A stretch of DNA of 32,000 bases from Candidatus Nitrosopumilus koreensis AR1 (lineage in GTDB: Archaea; Thermoproteota; Nitrososphaeria; Nitrososphaerales; Nitrosopumilaceae). Both the position numbers and the translations under genes were made by a program. Of this stretch, positions 31,620 to 32,000 are shown one piece after another; the first letter of the stretch is position 1, and every line of letters starts with the position of its first letter. The stretch is from assembly GCF_000299365.1 (NCBI RefSeq), contig NC_018655.1:1260001-1292000 (forward strand), written 5' to 3'. Under the pieces are notes generated by a model. That model did no database searches. It was not told the origin of the DNA and saw only the letters and a program-made list of their open reading frames with translations.

Positions 31620-32000
31620 ATGGTAATAAAAACCAAAGATACTTTATATTTGGTAAACTCAGATTTGGACTGTTTGGCAAGTTACAAAGGTGCATATTCA
31701 AATGAACAATCACTAAATTTTGTAATTCCAATAATTGTAATCTTATTTCTAGGAATAATCTATATCATGACTCAAAGAGCAGATTCAGGTTTTGTTAGTT
31801 TCTTCTTAATTGGAGCCGCAGCACTAACAATGTTTTACTGGGTCAGAGTATTAAAGAAAATGACAAAAGACCAAAAACCACTCTACACACAATCAAGAGA
31901 ACAAGAGCAAAAGAATTGGGTATATGATCTTATCAAAGGTGAAGGGGAATTTGTTTTTGTTGCAGAAGTTCCAGGTCCTGAAGACAAAATTGCAGTAAGA
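31620..32000 (+). CDS. Membrane-anchored Hsp20/alpha-crystallin-like protein, partial (continues beyond the window)
   Basis: Own translation from ATG at 31620. There are two hydrophobic helices (FVIPIIVILFLGIIYIM, GFVSFFLIGAAALTMFYWV). Then WVYDLIKGEGEFVFVAEVPGPEDKIAVR matches the start of an alpha-crystallin domain. The start codon is uncertain. Confidence 0.6.
   Translation, partial: MVIKTKDTLYLVNSDLDCLASYKGAYSNEQSLNFVIPIIVILFLGIIYIMTQRADSGFVSFFLIGAAALTMFYWVRVLKKMTKDQKPLYTQSREQEQKNWVYDLIKGEGEFVFVAEVPGPEDKIAVR

Noticed and set aside
1-32000. Looked for CRISPR arrays, IS elements or transposases, rRNA genes and long direct or inverted repeats.
   Set aside because: None was seen by eye. The only tandem DNA repeat found is the 9-bp x3 repeat at 10596-10625. 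A computational repeat search would be needed to exclude dispersed repeats.

Overview
AT-rich archaeal chromosome segment. The gene content (TFB, Alba, Nop5, Rpo4/RpoF, S30e, an Elf1-like zinc ribbon, KsgA/Dim1) and protein style suggest a marine ammonia-oxidising thaumarchaeon (Nitrosopumilus-like); this taxonomic call is inference only. About 45 protein genes and one tRNA-Ser(GCU) are supported. I saw no rRNA, CRISPR array, transposase or integrase. Most of the window is housekeeping: the HhH-rpoF-DUF655-ksgA-mtq2 operon, rps30e, pyrD/pyrK, nop5, apt, mtnP, and an isopropylmalate/isocitrate-type dehydrogenase. Five regions deserve a second look. (1) 3314-10435 is a tightly packed five-gene cluster: a Ddl-type ATP-grasp::M20 peptidase fusion, a CorA-like channel with four extra N-terminal TM helices and a GTN (not GMN) motif, a Kv-type K+ channel, a signal-less gamma-glutamyltransferase, and a formylglutamate-amidohydrolase-family protein. 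I cannot map this composition to a described pathway. (2) 24612-26705 is a stand-alone OLD/PARIS-like ABC-ATPase with a Toprim-like C-terminus. It sits between two exported Ig-like-repeat proteins and is a candidate defence gene or small accessory islet. (3) 674-2096 holds unannotated miniproteins around Alba: two C2H2-like zinc-finger paralogs, one separated from Alba only by an in-frame TAG and the other joined to the next gene through an 11-nt quasi-duplication. It also holds an ORF carrying an Alba C-terminal fragment. (4) The 3' end of nop5 is antisense to a Lys-rich ORF that contains an A_AAA_AAG heptamer linking two frames. (5) Further sub-60-aa genes are missed by the ORF track: TRASH-like zinc ribbons, an Elf1-like protein, and a RadA-N-terminal-like HhH protein. 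All functional calls rest on motif recognition by eye; no database search was run.
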